Below, piece by piece: positions 21,213 to 31,123 of a stretch of DNA of 42,146 nucleotides. The notes under the pieces were generated by a model that was not told where the DNA came from, searched no databases, and worked only from the letters and a program-made list of their open reading frames with translations. Position numbers and translations under genes: made by a program. Positions within the stretch are counted from its first letter, which is position 1. The number at the start of each line of letters is the position of its first letter. The stretch covers positions 1 through 42,146 of the forward strand of contig CAXBKC010000001.1 in assembly GCA_963975615.1 (NCBI GenBank), in the 5' to 3' direction. The stretch comes from an uncultured Oleiphilus sp. GTDB lineage: Bacteria; Pseudomonadota; Gammaproteobacteria; Pseudomonadales; Oleiphilaceae.

Positions 21213-21453
21213 AACACGTGTACCTTTTAATGTTTAAACAAACTAAACTCAACAAACTATTTCTTAAATAACTTAATTTAATACTAAACGATTAACCTAT
21301 AAAGTTAGTCTACCTTTTTTTTGAATGACCAACCATATTACTCAGGTATTATTTTCAATATTAGTCACATTCCACTTAAACTTTAAGCCATAAAAAACAA
21401 TACATAACAAAATTTGATAAAGACAAAAGTTCGAGCTAAAATCATTCTTTTAG

Positions 21454-21476
21454 GGCAGCACATTAGCTGCCTTTTT
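21454..21476 (+). promoter_or_regulatory. Terminator-like hairpin in the argD leader
   Basis: GGCAGC (21454-21459) / GCTGCC (21466-21471) with a 6-nt loop, followed by TTTTT (21472-21476). It lies 20 nt upstream of the argD ATG. No upstream co-directional gene exists for it to terminate. Confidence 0.3.
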
Positions 21477-21495
21477 GCGTTCTAAAGAGAGACAG

Positions 21496-22701
21496 ATGAA
21501 CAACGACCAACCTTTAATGAATACTTACGGCAGACTTCCTGTTTCTTTTGAAAGCGGGGATGGTTGCTGGCTTTACGATACCGATGGTAACAAATATTTT
21601 GACACTTTTTTCGGCATTGCTGTATGCGGCTTAGGCCACACACACCCCGCGGTAACAAAAGCAATTAAAGACCAAGCAGGTAGGTTAGTTCACTGCTCAA
21701 ACCTGTTTCACAACCCTGTTCAGTCAAGGTTAGCTCAAAAGCTATGCACTGTCTCTGGAATGGAAAAAGTTTTCTTTTCTAACTCAGGCGCAGAGGCAAA
21801 TGAAGCCGCAATCAAACTTGCAAGAAAATTTGGCCACGAGAAAGGCATAAAAACGCCAACAATTATCGTCATGGAGAACTCTTTCCATGGGCGAACTATG
21901 GCGACATTATCTGCGACGGGTAACAGAAAAGTACAAGCAGGCTTTGAACCACTCTTAAGCGGTTTTGTAAGAACAAGCTTTGGCGACATCGAAGAAATTC
22001 AAAAACTTGCCAAATCTAACCCCAATATTGTAGCTATCCTTCTTGAGCCAATCCAAGGCGAAGGCGGCCTAAGTATTTCTAAAAACGAATATCTAGAATC
22101 AATTAGAGATATTTGTGATCAAAATAATTGGCTAATGATGCTTGATGAAGTTCAAACAGGTAATGGACGAACTGGCCACTACTTTGCTTATCAAGATACT
22201 AAAGTACTTCCAGACGTCGTCACTACAGCCAAAGGTCTAGGGAATGGCTTTCCTATAGGTGCTTGCCTGACAAGAAGAAAAGCGAACCTAGTATTATCCC
22301 CTGGAAGCCATGGCTCTACATTTGGCGGCAACCCACTAGGCTGTGCAGCTGCATTAGCTACAATCGATGAAATAGAAACTCATGATTTATGCAATAGAGC
22401 TAAATTTATGGGTGACAAGATAGTTAGTGAATTAAAAGCCGAACTATCAGACGCCAACTATATTACAGAGATCCGCGGCAAGGGCCTGATGATAGGAATT
22501 GAAATGGCTTTCCCATGCCCAGAAATAGTGCCTTTAGCTAAGGCAAAAGGCTTACTTTTGAATGTAACTTTTGAGAAAGTAATACGCCTACTCCCCTCTT
22601 TAGCCATGTCGGATGAAGAGTGTGACTTCTTGATTGACGCGGTTGTTCAGATAATTCGTTTGTATGCTGCGGATGACCGCAGCAAACCTAGAAGCAACTA
22701 G
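21496..22701 (+). CDS. argD: Acetylornithine aminotransferase (class III PLP aminotransferase)
   Basis: MNTYGRLPVSFESGDGCWLYD, FSNSGAEANEAAIKLARK, DEVQTGNGRTG, TTAKGLGNGFPIG (PLP lysine). I prefer the ATG at 21496 (MNNDQPL) over the TTG at 21475 in the ORF track. Followed by argF. Confidence 0.88.
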   Translation: MNNDQPLMNTYGRLPVSFESGDGCWLYDTDGNKYFDTFFGIAVCGLGHTHPAVTKAIKDQAGRLVHCSNLFHNPVQSRLAQKLCTVSGMEKVFFSNSGAEANEAAIKLARKFGHEKGIKTPTIIVMENSFHGRTMATLSATGNRKVQAGFEPLLSGFVRTSFGDIEEIQKLAKSNPNIVAILLEPIQGEGGLSISKNEYLESIRDICDQNNWLMMLDEVQTGNGRTGHYFAYQDTKVLPDVVTTAKGLGNGFPIGACLTRRKANLVLSPGSHGSTFGGNPLGCAAALATIDEIETHDLCNRAKFMGDKIVSELKAELSDANYITEIRGKGLMIGIEMAFPCPEIVPLAKAKGLLLNVTFEKVIRLLPSLAMSDEECDFLIDAVVQIIRLYAADDRSKPRSN

Positions 22702-22766
22702 CGTCAAGCTGACACGACAATACTTTAAAATATTTTCCATTATTTTGATTCACTTTTGAGAGCAAT

Positions 22767-23675
22767 ATGGCACTTAGACATTTTCTAACTCTAACTGATT
22801 TAACTTCATCCGAACTTAAACAAATTATAGAAAGAGCAATCACCCTCAAAAATGAACATAAACAGGGGCATATCTATGAACCACTCAAGAATAGAGTACT
22901 TGCCCTGATTTTCGAAAAGTCTTCGACAAGAACACGTGTTTCATTTGAATCTGGAATGGCTCAATTTGGCGGCTCCTCATTATTTTTATCACCAAGAGAC
23001 ACCCAGCTTGGTAGAGGCGAACCCATAGAAGATAGTGCCAAAGTACTCTCTAGAATGGTAGACGCAATTACGATACGAACATTTGAACACTCTAAACTAG
23101 AATTATTTGCGCAGCACTCTTCCGTTCCTGTCATCAACGCACTAACAGACGACTTTCACCCCTGCCAACTACTTGCTGACATGCAAACCTACCACGAACA
23201 TAGAGGTTCAATTTCTGGCAAGAAGGTGACATGGATCGGTGATGGCAACAACATGTGCAATTCTTTCATTAACGCAGCCAAACTATTAGATTTTGAATTA
23301 GTGATTTCTGCTCCTGTCGGATACGACCCTTCAGCAGAATTACTAAAAGCTAACTCAAAACACGCTCATATAATCCGCAACCCTATTGCTGCAGCTAAAA
23401 ATTCTGACTTGATTGTCACTGATGTGTGGGCTTCAATGGGTCAAGAAGAAGAGCAAAGAATTAGAGAAAATAAATTCAGCGACTACCAGGTCAATTCTGA
23501 ACTAATGAGTCATGCCAATAAAGATGCGCTTTTTATGCATTGCCTTCCAGCTCACCGAGGCGAAGAAATAAGCCATGACATGCTAGACCATACAAGCTCT
23601 GTAGTCTGGGATGAAGCAGAAAACCGCTTACACTCACAAAAAGCATTACTTGAGTTTTTACTCTGTAATGCCTAA
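22767..23675 (+). CDS. argF: Ornithine carbamoyltransferase (anabolic)
   Basis: Carbamoyl-phosphate site [17 protein letters not shown], ornithine site DVWASMG and [10 protein letters not shown]. Confidence 0.93.
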   Translation: MALRHFLTLTDLTSSELKQIIERAITLKNEHKQGHIYEPLKNRVLALIFEKSSTRTRVSFESGMAQFGGSSLFLSPRDTQLGRGEPIEDSAKVLSRMVDAITIRTFEHSKLELFAQHSSVPVINALTDDFHPCQLLADMQTYHEHRGSISGKKVTWIGDGNNMCNSFINAAKLLDFELVISAPVGYDPSAELLKANSKHAHIIRNPIAAAKNSDLIVTDVWASMGQEEEQRIRENKFSDYQVNSELMSHANKDALFMHCLPAHRGEEISHDMLDHTSSVVWDEAENRLHSQKALLEFLLCNA

Positions 23676-23726
23676 ATAACACGATATCCAACATATAATT
23701 TATCGTTTTCAAAGAGCGCAAACACA

Positions 23727-24776
23727 GTGTCATTCTTGCTCGAACTTACAAATATACAATGCAACTATAACGCTTTAGTTGTGATAAAAGATTTATCCTT
23801 CAAGCTTATTAAAGGTGATATAGCTTGCCTTTTAGGACCTAGCGGCTGTGGAAAAAGCACAATTCTGAGGGCTATTGCAGGATTTGAAATCCCAATCAAT
23901 GGCAATATTTTGCTTAATGATACAGAGATATCTTCTCCATCCGAACAATTAGCACCCGAACTCAGAAATATAGGGATGGTCTTTCAAGACTATGCCCTAT
24001 TCCCTCACCTAACAGTTTCTGAAAATATTCATTTCGGCCTAACACAGAAAAAAAGACATCAGATCAGTAAAGTAAACGAACTAATTAATCTAGTCGATTT
24101 AAACGGATATGAAGACCGTTACCCACATGAACTTTCGGGCGGCCAACAACAAAGAGTTGCCTTGGCAAGAGCGCTTGCACCGGAACCTGAACTACTCTTA
24201 CTTGATGAGCCTTTTTCCAACCTAGACGCAGAGCTTAGAAATAGATTAAGCCTTGATATTCGTAACATCTTAAAAACACTAAACATAAGTGCCATATTAG
24301 TAACGCACGACCAAAAAGAAGCCTTTGCCATGTGCGACCAAATCGGAGTCATAGATCAAGGTAAAATACAACAATGGGGCTCACCTTATGAACTTTATCA
24401 TGAACCCAACAATCACTTTGTAGCATCCTTCGTTGGTCAGGGAGCCTTCATTAAAGGTGAGATATTAGAGCCTGATACATTTGAAACAGAGATAGGTTTA
24501 TTAAAAGGAAATAGAGCATACAACTGGAAAAAAGGTACCAGAGTTGAAATTCTAATTAGGCCTGATGATGTTGTCCATACTTCCAACTCTAAACTAAGCG
24601 TACTGGTCACCGGTAAAATTTTTGCTGGGACATCAACCCAATATCAATTAAAATTAGCATCTGGAACAACCATAGAAGCCCTTTTTCCGAGCCATCAAGA
24701 TTTTCAAGTAGGAGATTCAATACCTATTGGAATTGACGCTGAACACCTAATTGCATATGAACTAGCCAGCGCTTGA
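23727..24776 (+). CDS. ABC transporter ATP-binding protein (FbpC/PotA/CysA-like importer ATPase with C-terminal regulatory domain)
   Basis: GTG start. Walker A GPSGCGKST, Q-loop, signature LSGGQQQRVALARAL, Walker B LLLLDEPFS, H-loop VTHDQ. The C-terminal extension of about 110 aa is typical of the importer class. Confidence 0.88.
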   Translation: MSFLLELTNIQCNYNALVVIKDLSFKLIKGDIACLLGPSGCGKSTILRAIAGFEIPINGNILLNDTEISSPSEQLAPELRNIGMVFQDYALFPHLTVSENIHFGLTQKKRHQISKVNELINLVDLNGYEDRYPHELSGGQQQRVALARALAPEPELLLLDEPFSNLDAELRNRLSLDIRNILKTLNISAILVTHDQKEAFAMCDQIGVIDQGKIQQWGSPYELYHEPNNHFVASFVGQGAFIKGEILEPDTFETEIGLLKGNRAYNWKKGTRVEILIRPDDVVHTSNSKLSVLVTGKIFAGTSTQYQLKLASGTTIEALFPSHQDFQVGDSIPIGIDAEHLIAYELASA

Positions 24777-24864
24777 GACTGAAACAGACACGACTATAAA
24801 AATAAACACTGGCAATACGGAATGAGTAGCTGAGTTCTACCCGAAGGCGAAGATCCTTAATGGA

Positions 24865-25713
24865 TCAAGCCAAAATGAAATTACTTTTTTGAATACTACT
24901 TTCTTCGAAAAAAGCCTCATAAATTGATAAGATCTCTGACTGTTCCCAATGCAAAAAATGCCCAACGCCTTTAATTAACTGGAACCTTCCCTCGGGAATT
25001 AATTTAGTCGCTTTTCGCGTATCAAATAAATCCATTATTGTATCAAACTGCCCCATAACGACTAATGTAGGCACTTTAATTAACTCTAAATTCATATATT
25101 CTTTCAGATCACCCAATTTCGTCACAAACACACTATGCTCATAAAATGATTGATATTGCTGGTCACTCATATTTTCGAATTGAGAAATTATCTGCTTCTT
25201 TAAAATATCTGGAATATATTGACCAAACTTCTCAATCATCATCGGTGCAATTTCTGAACCTCGCCCACCTTCGATATAAAACTGCACCTGATCAATAATT
25301 GAACTCAGTACACTATTAGGTTTGGTACCAAAGCTGCCTAAAATCAGCCTATGAAATACATCTGGATAGTGTTCTGCATATACTGCTGAGACGATAGAGC
25401 CCCATGAGCCACCGATTAAATAACGCTTCTGACAACTTAAAACATCAAGATGCGTAAGTAACTGATGAAGTACATCCACCTGTTCTGAAAGGGGAACACC
25501 GGCTGGACCACTCAATATTTCTGAACGCCCCTGCCCAGGCATATCAAACACAATAATCTGATAATCCTTTGAGAAGTAGGATATAAATGAGCGCCATGCA
25601 GACATGGTTTGCTTTGCACCACTGACACAAACAATCACTTTTTCTTGTTGCCCATACACTCTGTAGGGAATAAGAAATCGGCTGTACTCAAAAACACCGG
25701 CGATTTTATTCAT
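24865..25713 (-). CDS. Alpha/beta-fold hydrolase, RhlA/PhaG-like (3-hydroxyacyl-ACP transacylase / HAA synthase family)
   Basis: Nucleophile elbow GGSWGS and C-terminal GVGHFLHWE. Block-wise resemblance to recalled P. putida PhaG and P. aeruginosa RhlA: CVSGAKQTMSAWRSF..IIVFDMPGQGRS vs LINGSLATTASFAQT..VVLFDQPYSGKS, and EKFGQYIPDILKK vs DTIGKHLPSLFKR. The fold call is firm. The subfamily call is moderate. Confidence 0.7.
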   Translation of the reverse strand: MNKIAGVFEYSRFLIPYRVYGQQEKVIVCVSGAKQTMSAWRSFISYFSKDYQIIVFDMPGQGRSEILSGPAGVPLSEQVDVLHQLLTHLDVLSCQKRYLIGGSWGSIVSAVYAEHYPDVFHRLILGSFGTKPNSVLSSIIDQVQFYIEGGRGSEIAPMMIEKFGQYIPDILKKQIISQFENMSDQQYQSFYEHSVFVTKLGDLKEYMNLELIKVPTLVVMGQFDTIMDLFDTRKATKLIPEGRFQLIKGVGHFLHWEQSEILSIYEAFFEESSIQKSNFILA

Positions 25714-25889
25714 GTCACAAACCTATATAAATACATAATGTTACTTTATATCAAAATAAGAATAACAAATATGTGAAACAAGACCTTAATTTACAATGAT
25801 TTATATTTTTAAAGGATATATGAAATTAAAACCAATACTTCACGTTAAATATAGAGCTAAAATACATTTACATAGCCCAAGCATTTATT

Positions 25890-26624
25890 TTAACTCTGAG
25901 CGATTTCTTGCATTACCATAGCTAGAGCATCAAAGGGCTTCTCCGCCTGAGTAATTGGGCGACCTACCACCAAGTAGTCAGAACCTGCATACAAAGCCTC
26001 ACTAGGCGTCATAATACGCTGCTGATCCCCTCTTTCTGAAAAAGAAGGTCTAATGCCAGGCGTTACTAATTTAAACTGACTTCCTAGTCGTTGCTTTAAA
26101 AAAGATGCTTCATGAGCAGAGCAAACAACGCCATCTAAGCCAGATATTTTTGCTAACTCCCCAAGTTTAGCAACATGATCCAGTGGTGAGGAATGAATAC
26201 CAACCTCATACAAGTCGGCCTCAGTCATACTTGTTAAAACCGTTACACCAATTAATAAAGGAGGTGATGTATATGTAGATAGTTTATTTACACAAGCCTC
26301 CATCATCTTTCTTCCACCACTAGCATGTACATTAACCATCCAAACACCTAATTCCGCAGCAACAGCGACCGCATTAGCAGTAGTATTTGGAATATCATGA
26401 AACTTTAAGTCTAGAAAAACCTCAAAACCCATTCTATGAAGAGCCTCAATAATTTTAGGCCCTTCTTTTGTGAACAGCTCTTTACCTACTTTAACCCTAC
26501 AAACCTTTGAGTCTAAAAGATCAGCCATTCTTAAGGCCTGATCAAGGTCAGGATAATCTAATGCAACAATAAGTGGAGACTCATTTATAACAATACTTCC
26601 TTGTTCAATATTACTGTCAGACAT
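25890..26624 (-). CDS. pyrF: Orotidine-5'-phosphate decarboxylase
   Basis: LIVALDYPD, VKVGKELF and DLKFHDIPNT motifs, plus the C-terminal VVGRPIT phosphate-binding loop. Confidence 0.93.
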   Translation of the reverse strand: MSDSNIEQGSIVINESPLIVALDYPDLDQALRMADLLDSKVCRVKVGKELFTKEGPKIIEALHRMGFEVFLDLKFHDIPNTTANAVAVAAELGVWMVNVHASGGRKMMEACVNKLSTYTSPPLLIGVTVLTSMTEADLYEVGIHSSPLDHVAKLGELAKISGLDGVVCSAHEASFLKQRLGSQFKLVTPGIRPSFSERGDQQRIMTPSEALYAGSDYLVVGRPITQAEKPFDALAMVMQEIAQS

Positions 26625-26640
26625 TTAATTCCACCGCTCT

Positions 26641-27819
26641 TTATTTCTGAAAAGTTACTTCATATTCAATAACAGGCTTAATAGTTTGCCAACCCTTACA
26701 GCTAGGACACAACCAATGAAGCTGACGCACTGAAAAACCACAAGAACTACACTTGTACTCCTGCTCATTTAGCTGCACACCATCAAGAACCTTCTCCATT
26801 AGCTGTATAAGCTCTTTGGAAGAGTATTCAGACAGAACATTAAGCTTAAAAAATCGATATAGAATGGTAAGGCTAGGATAGTCTTGTAAGTATTCAAACA
26901 AGAATGATGATGCCTTTTTGATATTCCCTTCCTCACTCATCGAGTCAATAATTGCCAGCATTACAGGAACTTGACCAGTGTCTGCCAACAATTTGTTAAG
27001 ATATTCCTGATGACTTACGAAGGAATCAGTTTTTACTGTTACATCCAACAATAACGGCAAAGCTAAAGTTATGTGCTCTGGCGCAATACCTATCAATAAT
27101 TTTAGATGGTAAATAGATGTATTGTAATCACCACTATTATAAGCACAATTTGCTAAACCTAGATGAGCCCGATAACACCCTTTATATATTATAAGCGCCT
27201 GCCTGAAATTCGACTCAGACTCGATTACTAAACCTTCCTTGCTATATTTATCCGCAATCTCACAATAGTACTGCGCTACTCTTAGAGCTATTTCTTTATA
27301 TTTTTTGAAATCGACTCTAGAAGCCTCATTTAATGCTGTAGGCCAATCTTTTTCTGCCTCATGAATATCAAGCAAAAGTTTAAGGCTTTTGACAGAAAAC
27401 TGCTTTGACCCCTTTAATTGATGCAATAGTGCCTGAGCCCGATCAAATAAGCCGGCAGATTTATAGTCTTTCGCCAACTCATAAATAATACTTTCAGATG
27501 CTCGAGAACTTAATTCAGGGTGTGACATCAAGTTTTGATGCACCAATATTGCTTTTTCTACCTCACCTTGAGCTCTAAAGTGCTTTCCGATAGAAATATG
27601 CAAAGGCAATGTTTCTGGGGTAACTTCAAGTGACTGGATAAATCGATCAATAGACTCGTCAGGATATGAATCAAAAAGCAATTGAAGTCGATGCTTCATA
27701 TCAAGAGATAGATTTAGTGGGCTGTCGATGGCCGTCATTTTCCGGCGATAAGAAAAACCTAAAGCCCACCCGATGGAAATGGATCCTAGGCACACCAATA
27801 ATAAAAGCCAATTATTCAT
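26641..27819 (-). CDS. lapB: Lipopolysaccharide assembly protein B (YciM): TM anchor, TPR repeats, C-terminal rubredoxin-like zinc finger
   Basis: N-terminal TM helix, repeated TPR-like helices and a terminal CSSCGF...WLCPSCKGW metal-binding motif. Immediately follows lapA and precedes pyrF, as in E. coli. Confidence 0.88.
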   Translation of the reverse strand: MNNWLLLLVCLGSISIGWALGFSYRRKMTAIDSPLNLSLDMKHRLQLLFDSYPDESIDRFIQSLEVTPETLPLHISIGKHFRAQGEVEKAILVHQNLMSHPELSSRASESIIYELAKDYKSAGLFDRAQALLHQLKGSKQFSVKSLKLLLDIHEAEKDWPTALNEASRVDFKKYKEIALRVAQYYCEIADKYSKEGLVIESESNFRQALIIYKGCYRAHLGLANCAYNSGDYNTSIYHLKLLIGIAPEHITLALPLLLDVTVKTDSFVSHQEYLNKLLADTGQVPVMLAIIDSMSEEGNIKKASSFLFEYLQDYPSLTILYRFFKLNVLSEYSSKELIQLMEKVLDGVQLNEQEYKCSSCGFSVRQLHWLCPSCKGWQTIKPVIEYEVTFQK

Positions 27820-28122
27820 TTAAGTGCCTTTACTAGGTTCTGCTTTTAACCGAGCTTGGGACTGTTTATCATTAGTTAGTTTTTTTGTCAGTTGATGAAT
27901 CTTAAACCTTTGTGACAACCTATTAGGTAACACCAAAGCCATTCCTAAAACCACCCCAACCATTAGAAAGACAAGCAGCCAAAAGCCAACACTAAAGCCA
28001 GATGATTGAAGAAAAAGGAGATCAACATTAATCAATGAGCTATTTCTGAACGAAAATAGAAGACCGACAACAATACACACAAGCATTACAAGCAAGAGAA
28101 AAAGAGACTTAAGCATCGCCAT
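27820..28122 (-). CDS. lapA: Lipopolysaccharide assembly protein A (YciS-like, small two-TM protein)
   Basis: 100 aa, two hydrophobic helices and a basic C-terminus. Its stop abuts the lapB start (27819/27820). Confidence 0.72.
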   Translation of the reverse strand: MAMLKSLFLLLVMLVCIVVGLLFSFRNSSLINVDLLFLQSSGFSVGFWLLVFLMVGVVLGMALVLPNRLSQRFKIHQLTKKLTNDKQSQARLKAEPSKGT

Positions 28123-28205
28123 CGTTAAACCACCTTATTATTATCAATACAATTATGTAGATCTAATCATATATTAACACGCGAGATAATAATATTGTGA
28201 AGAGA

Positions 28206-28502
28206 TTAATAGCCCTCTTTCAAGCTATCATTAACCTTATCACGCAACTCTTTTCCTGGCTTAAAATGAGGCACAAACTTAGCATCCAAGTTAACAGCTT
28301 CACCTGTTTTTGGGTTTCTGCCTAATCTTGAAGCACGGTAATGCAAAGAAAAGCTTCCAAACCCACGAATCTCAATCCTTTGGCCTGAAGATAAAGTATT
28401 AGACATAAGATCAATTAATGTCTTTACCGCTAACTCTACGTCTTTTACCGAAAGTTGAGTCTGTTTTGATGCAATAATTTCAACGAGTTCTGATTTTGTC
28501 AT
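28206..28502 (-). CDS. ihfB: Integration host factor subunit beta
   Basis: [11 protein letters not shown]..., [28 protein letters not shown], a classic IHF-beta / HU fold sequence. Downstream of rpsA, as in many gammaproteobacteria. Confidence 0.95.
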   Translation of the reverse strand: MTKSELVEIIASKQTQLSVKDVELAVKTLIDLMSNTLSSGQRIEIRGFGSFSLHYRASRLGRNPKTGEAVNLDAKFVPHFKPGKELRDKVNDSLKEGY

Positions 28503-28562
28503 TTACTACCCAATCCATAAAAAAAGAGCTTTTTTTTAGTGTAGACAAAGAAATAAAAAACA

Positions 28563-28596
28563 CAAAAAAAACGGGCTAGAAGCCCGTTTTTTTTTA
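28563..28596 (-). terminator. Rho-independent terminator / attenuator between rpsA and ihfB
   Basis: CGGGCT (28572-28577) / AGCCCG (28581-28586) with a 3-nt loop, flanked by an A8 run and a T9 run. It looks functional on either strand. rpsA is the upstream gene on the minus strand. Confidence 0.7.
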
Positions 28597-28632
28597 TTAT
28601 ATTACAAATAGTTAGTTGTATTAGTACAATAA

Positions 28633-30309
28633 TTATTTGTTTTGCATCTGTTCTTTGATCAAATCACCAATCGTGGTTGGACCAGCAGATTCAACTTGCT
28701 TCTCACGAACATCTTTCATTGCCTGCTTTTCGTCATCAACATCTTTTGACTTAACTGACAAATTAATCACTCGATTTTTACGATCGATGTTAATGATTTT
28801 CGCTTCAACTTTATCGCCTTCTTTAAGCTGAGTTGTAAGATCTTCAACACGATCTTGACTCATCTCAGAAGCCTTTAATGTTGCTTCAACGTCTTCCGCT
28901 AACTCAAGGATTGCAGCTTTTGCATCAACTGATTTCACTGTACCAGTGATAATAGTACCCTTGTCATTAACTTGTACGAATTCAGCAAATGGGTCACGCT
29001 CTAATTGCTTAACACCAAGCGAAATTCGCTCACGCTCTGGATCAACAGATAAGATAACAGTTTCAATTTCATCGCCTTTCTTGTATTTACGAACAGCGTC
29101 TTCACCTGTTTCGTGCCAAGAAATATCAGACAGATGTACTAGACCATCAATTCCACCGTCTAATCCGATGAAGATACCGAAGTCAGTAATCGACTTAATC
29201 TTACCAGTCACCTTGTCTTCTTTGTTGAAGTGGCTTGAGAATTCTTCCCATGGATTAGCATGACACTGCTTAATACCCCATGAAATACGACGACGATCTT
29301 CGTCGATATCAAGAACCATTACTTCAACTTCATCACCTAACTGAACAACTTTAGATGGGTGAATATTTTTGTTAGTCCAATCCATTTCTGAAACGTGAAC
29401 CAAACCTTCTACGCCTTCTTCGATTTCTGCGAAGCAACCGTAATCAGTTAAGTTAGTTACACGCGCTGTTACACGAGTATTCTCAGGGTAACGCTCTTTG
29501 ATTTGAACCCATGGATCTTCACCAAGCTGCTTAAGACCTAGAGAAACACGGTTACGCTCACGATCAAACTTCAATACTTTAACATTGATTTCGTCACCAA
29601 CATTAACAATTTCACTTGGGTGCTTGATACGCTTCCAAGCCATATCTGTGATATGAAGCAAGCCATCAACACCACCTAGATCAACGAAAGCACCGTAGTC
29701 TGTAAGGTTCTTAACGATACCCTTAGCTTCCATACCTTCAGCCATAGACTCTAACAATGCCTCACGCTCTGCACTGTTTTCTGCTTCTAATACTGAACGA
29801 CGAGATACAACAACGTTATTACGCTTTTGATCTAATTTAATAACTTTAAATTCTAATTCTTTACCTTCTAAGTGAAGCGTATCTCTTACTGGACGCACAT
29901 CAACTAGAGAACCCGGTAAGAATGCACGGATAGTCTTCAACTCAACAGTGAAACCACCCTTAACCTTACCATTAATCACACCTTTCACGACTTCTTCAGC
30001 TTCGAAAGCTTTTTCTAGCTCTGTCCAAGCTTCAGCACGCTTAGCTTTTTCACGCGATAGACGAGTTTCACCAAAGCCATCTTCAACAGCTTCAAGCGCA
30101 ACATCAACTGAGTCACCAATTTTAAGTTCAATTTCTCCACTATCTGTAAGAAATTGAGAAAGAGGTATAACACCCTCAGATTTTAAGCCTGCGTTAACTG
30201 TTACCCAGTCACTATCAATATCTACAACAACACCTGAGATGATTGATCCAGGGGTCATATCTATTACTTTTAGACTCTCTTCAAATAATTCAGCAAAGCT
30301 CTCGCTCAT
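28633..30309 (-). CDS. rpsA: 30S ribosomal protein S1
   Basis: Six S1 repeats. The start is assigned to [13 protein letters not shown] (compare E. coli MTESFAQLFEESL). The ORF-track start at 30339 adds 10 non-conserved residues. Confidence 0.96.
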   Translation of the reverse strand: MSESFAELFEESLKVIDMTPGSIISGVVVDIDSDWVTVNAGLKSEGVIPLSQFLTDSGEIELKIGDSVDVALEAVEDGFGETRLSREKAKRAEAWTELEKAFEAEEVVKGVINGKVKGGFTVELKTIRAFLPGSLVDVRPVRDTLHLEGKELEFKVIKLDQKRNNVVVSRRSVLEAENSAEREALLESMAEGMEAKGIVKNLTDYGAFVDLGGVDGLLHITDMAWKRIKHPSEIVNVGDEINVKVLKFDRERNRVSLGLKQLGEDPWVQIKERYPENTRVTARVTNLTDYGCFAEIEEGVEGLVHVSEMDWTNKNIHPSKVVQLGDEVEVMVLDIDEDRRRISWGIKQCHANPWEEFSSHFNKEDKVTGKIKSITDFGIFIGLDGGIDGLVHLSDISWHETGEDAVRKYKKGDEIETVILSVDPERERISLGVKQLERDPFAEFVQVNDKGTIITGTVKSVDAKAAILELAEDVEATLKASEMSQDRVEDLTTQLKEGDKVEAKIINIDRKNRVINLSVKSKDVDDEKQAMKDVREKQVESAGPTTIGDLIKEQMQNK

Positions 30310-30427
30310 TACATTTCCTGTGTGATTAACATTCTCCACATCACCAGCTAATGTGGTTAATTTAAATTAAGCGTGTTTTCGCTGCTGGCCAACGTTATTT
30401 AAAACACGACAACTAAAATTCTAGAAA

Positions 30428-31123
30428 TTAAGGCTTAGACTCTATAAATTCGATCACTTTATTCAACACTTCCTCTATAGAAAAGCTTGTTGAATCAATA
30501 AGTAAGGCATCTACTGCAGGTTTAAGAGGTGCATTCTTTCGCCCCATATCCCGCTCGTCTCGCTCTTCAATCTCCCTTAAAAGGGGCGCGATTTTAACAT
30601 CTTCCCCTTTATCCTTCAACTGTTTATATCGCCTCTCTGCACGAGTCTGAGCACTTGCAGATAAGAAAACTTTGTATTTGGCATCCGGGAATACGACGGT
30701 CCCCATATCACGACCATCAGCAACAAGCCCGGGAGACACTGCAAAATCCCTCTGCCTCTGAAGCAGCGCAGCCCTAACCCCAGCCAAAGGCGCTATTTTC
30801 GATGCGTTATTTCCTGTCGACTCTAAACGAAGTTCATCAGTTACATTTTCACCAGATAAAATAACTTGAACCGGCTCACCAAAACCTGAGGCCTTAAACT
30901 TCACATCTAACTTAGAAGCGATTTCAGATAATAGAAGCTCATCATCAAATGAAACACCCAACTTTTGGGCTGAAAGAGCAGTTAGCCTATAAAGCGCACC
31001 ACTATCAAGCAGGTGCCAGCCAAGCTTTTTAGAGATTAACTGAGCAACACTACCCTTACCTGCTCCGCCAGGACCATCAATGGTCAATACCATAACCTGG
31101 ACATCCTTAGAAGTCTGAAGCAT
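30428..31123 (-). CDS. cmk: Cytidylate kinase
   Basis: P-loop [33 protein letters not shown]. Its ATG overlaps the upstream stop (TAATG). An internal ATG 10 codons downstream (MVLTIDGP) is an alternative start. Confidence 0.92.
   Translation of the reverse strand: MLQTSKDVQVMVLTIDGPGGAGKGSVAQLISKKLGWHLLDSGALYRLTALSAQKLGVSFDDELLLSEIASKLDVKFKASGFGEPVQVILSGENVTDELRLESTGNNASKIAPLAGVRAALLQRQRDFAVSPGLVADGRDMGTVVFPDAKYKVFLSASAQTRAERRYKQLKDKGEDVKIAPLLREIEERDERDMGRKNAPLKPAVDALLIDSTSFSIEEVLNKVIEFIESKP

Noticed and set aside
21213-21474. Searched the grxD/argD divergent intergenic region for ArgR operators (ARG boxes, TNTGAATWWWWATTCANW).
   Set aside because: There are only partial half-site matches (for example TGAATGACCAACCATATT) and no palindromic pair, so a call is not supportable.
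30310-30339. The N-terminal extension of rpsA in the ORF track ([10 protein letters not shown]), and a similar extension on argD (21475-21495).
   Set aside because: The extensions are not conserved relative to known S1 and ArgD N-termini. The internal ATG codons reproduce the canonical starts.
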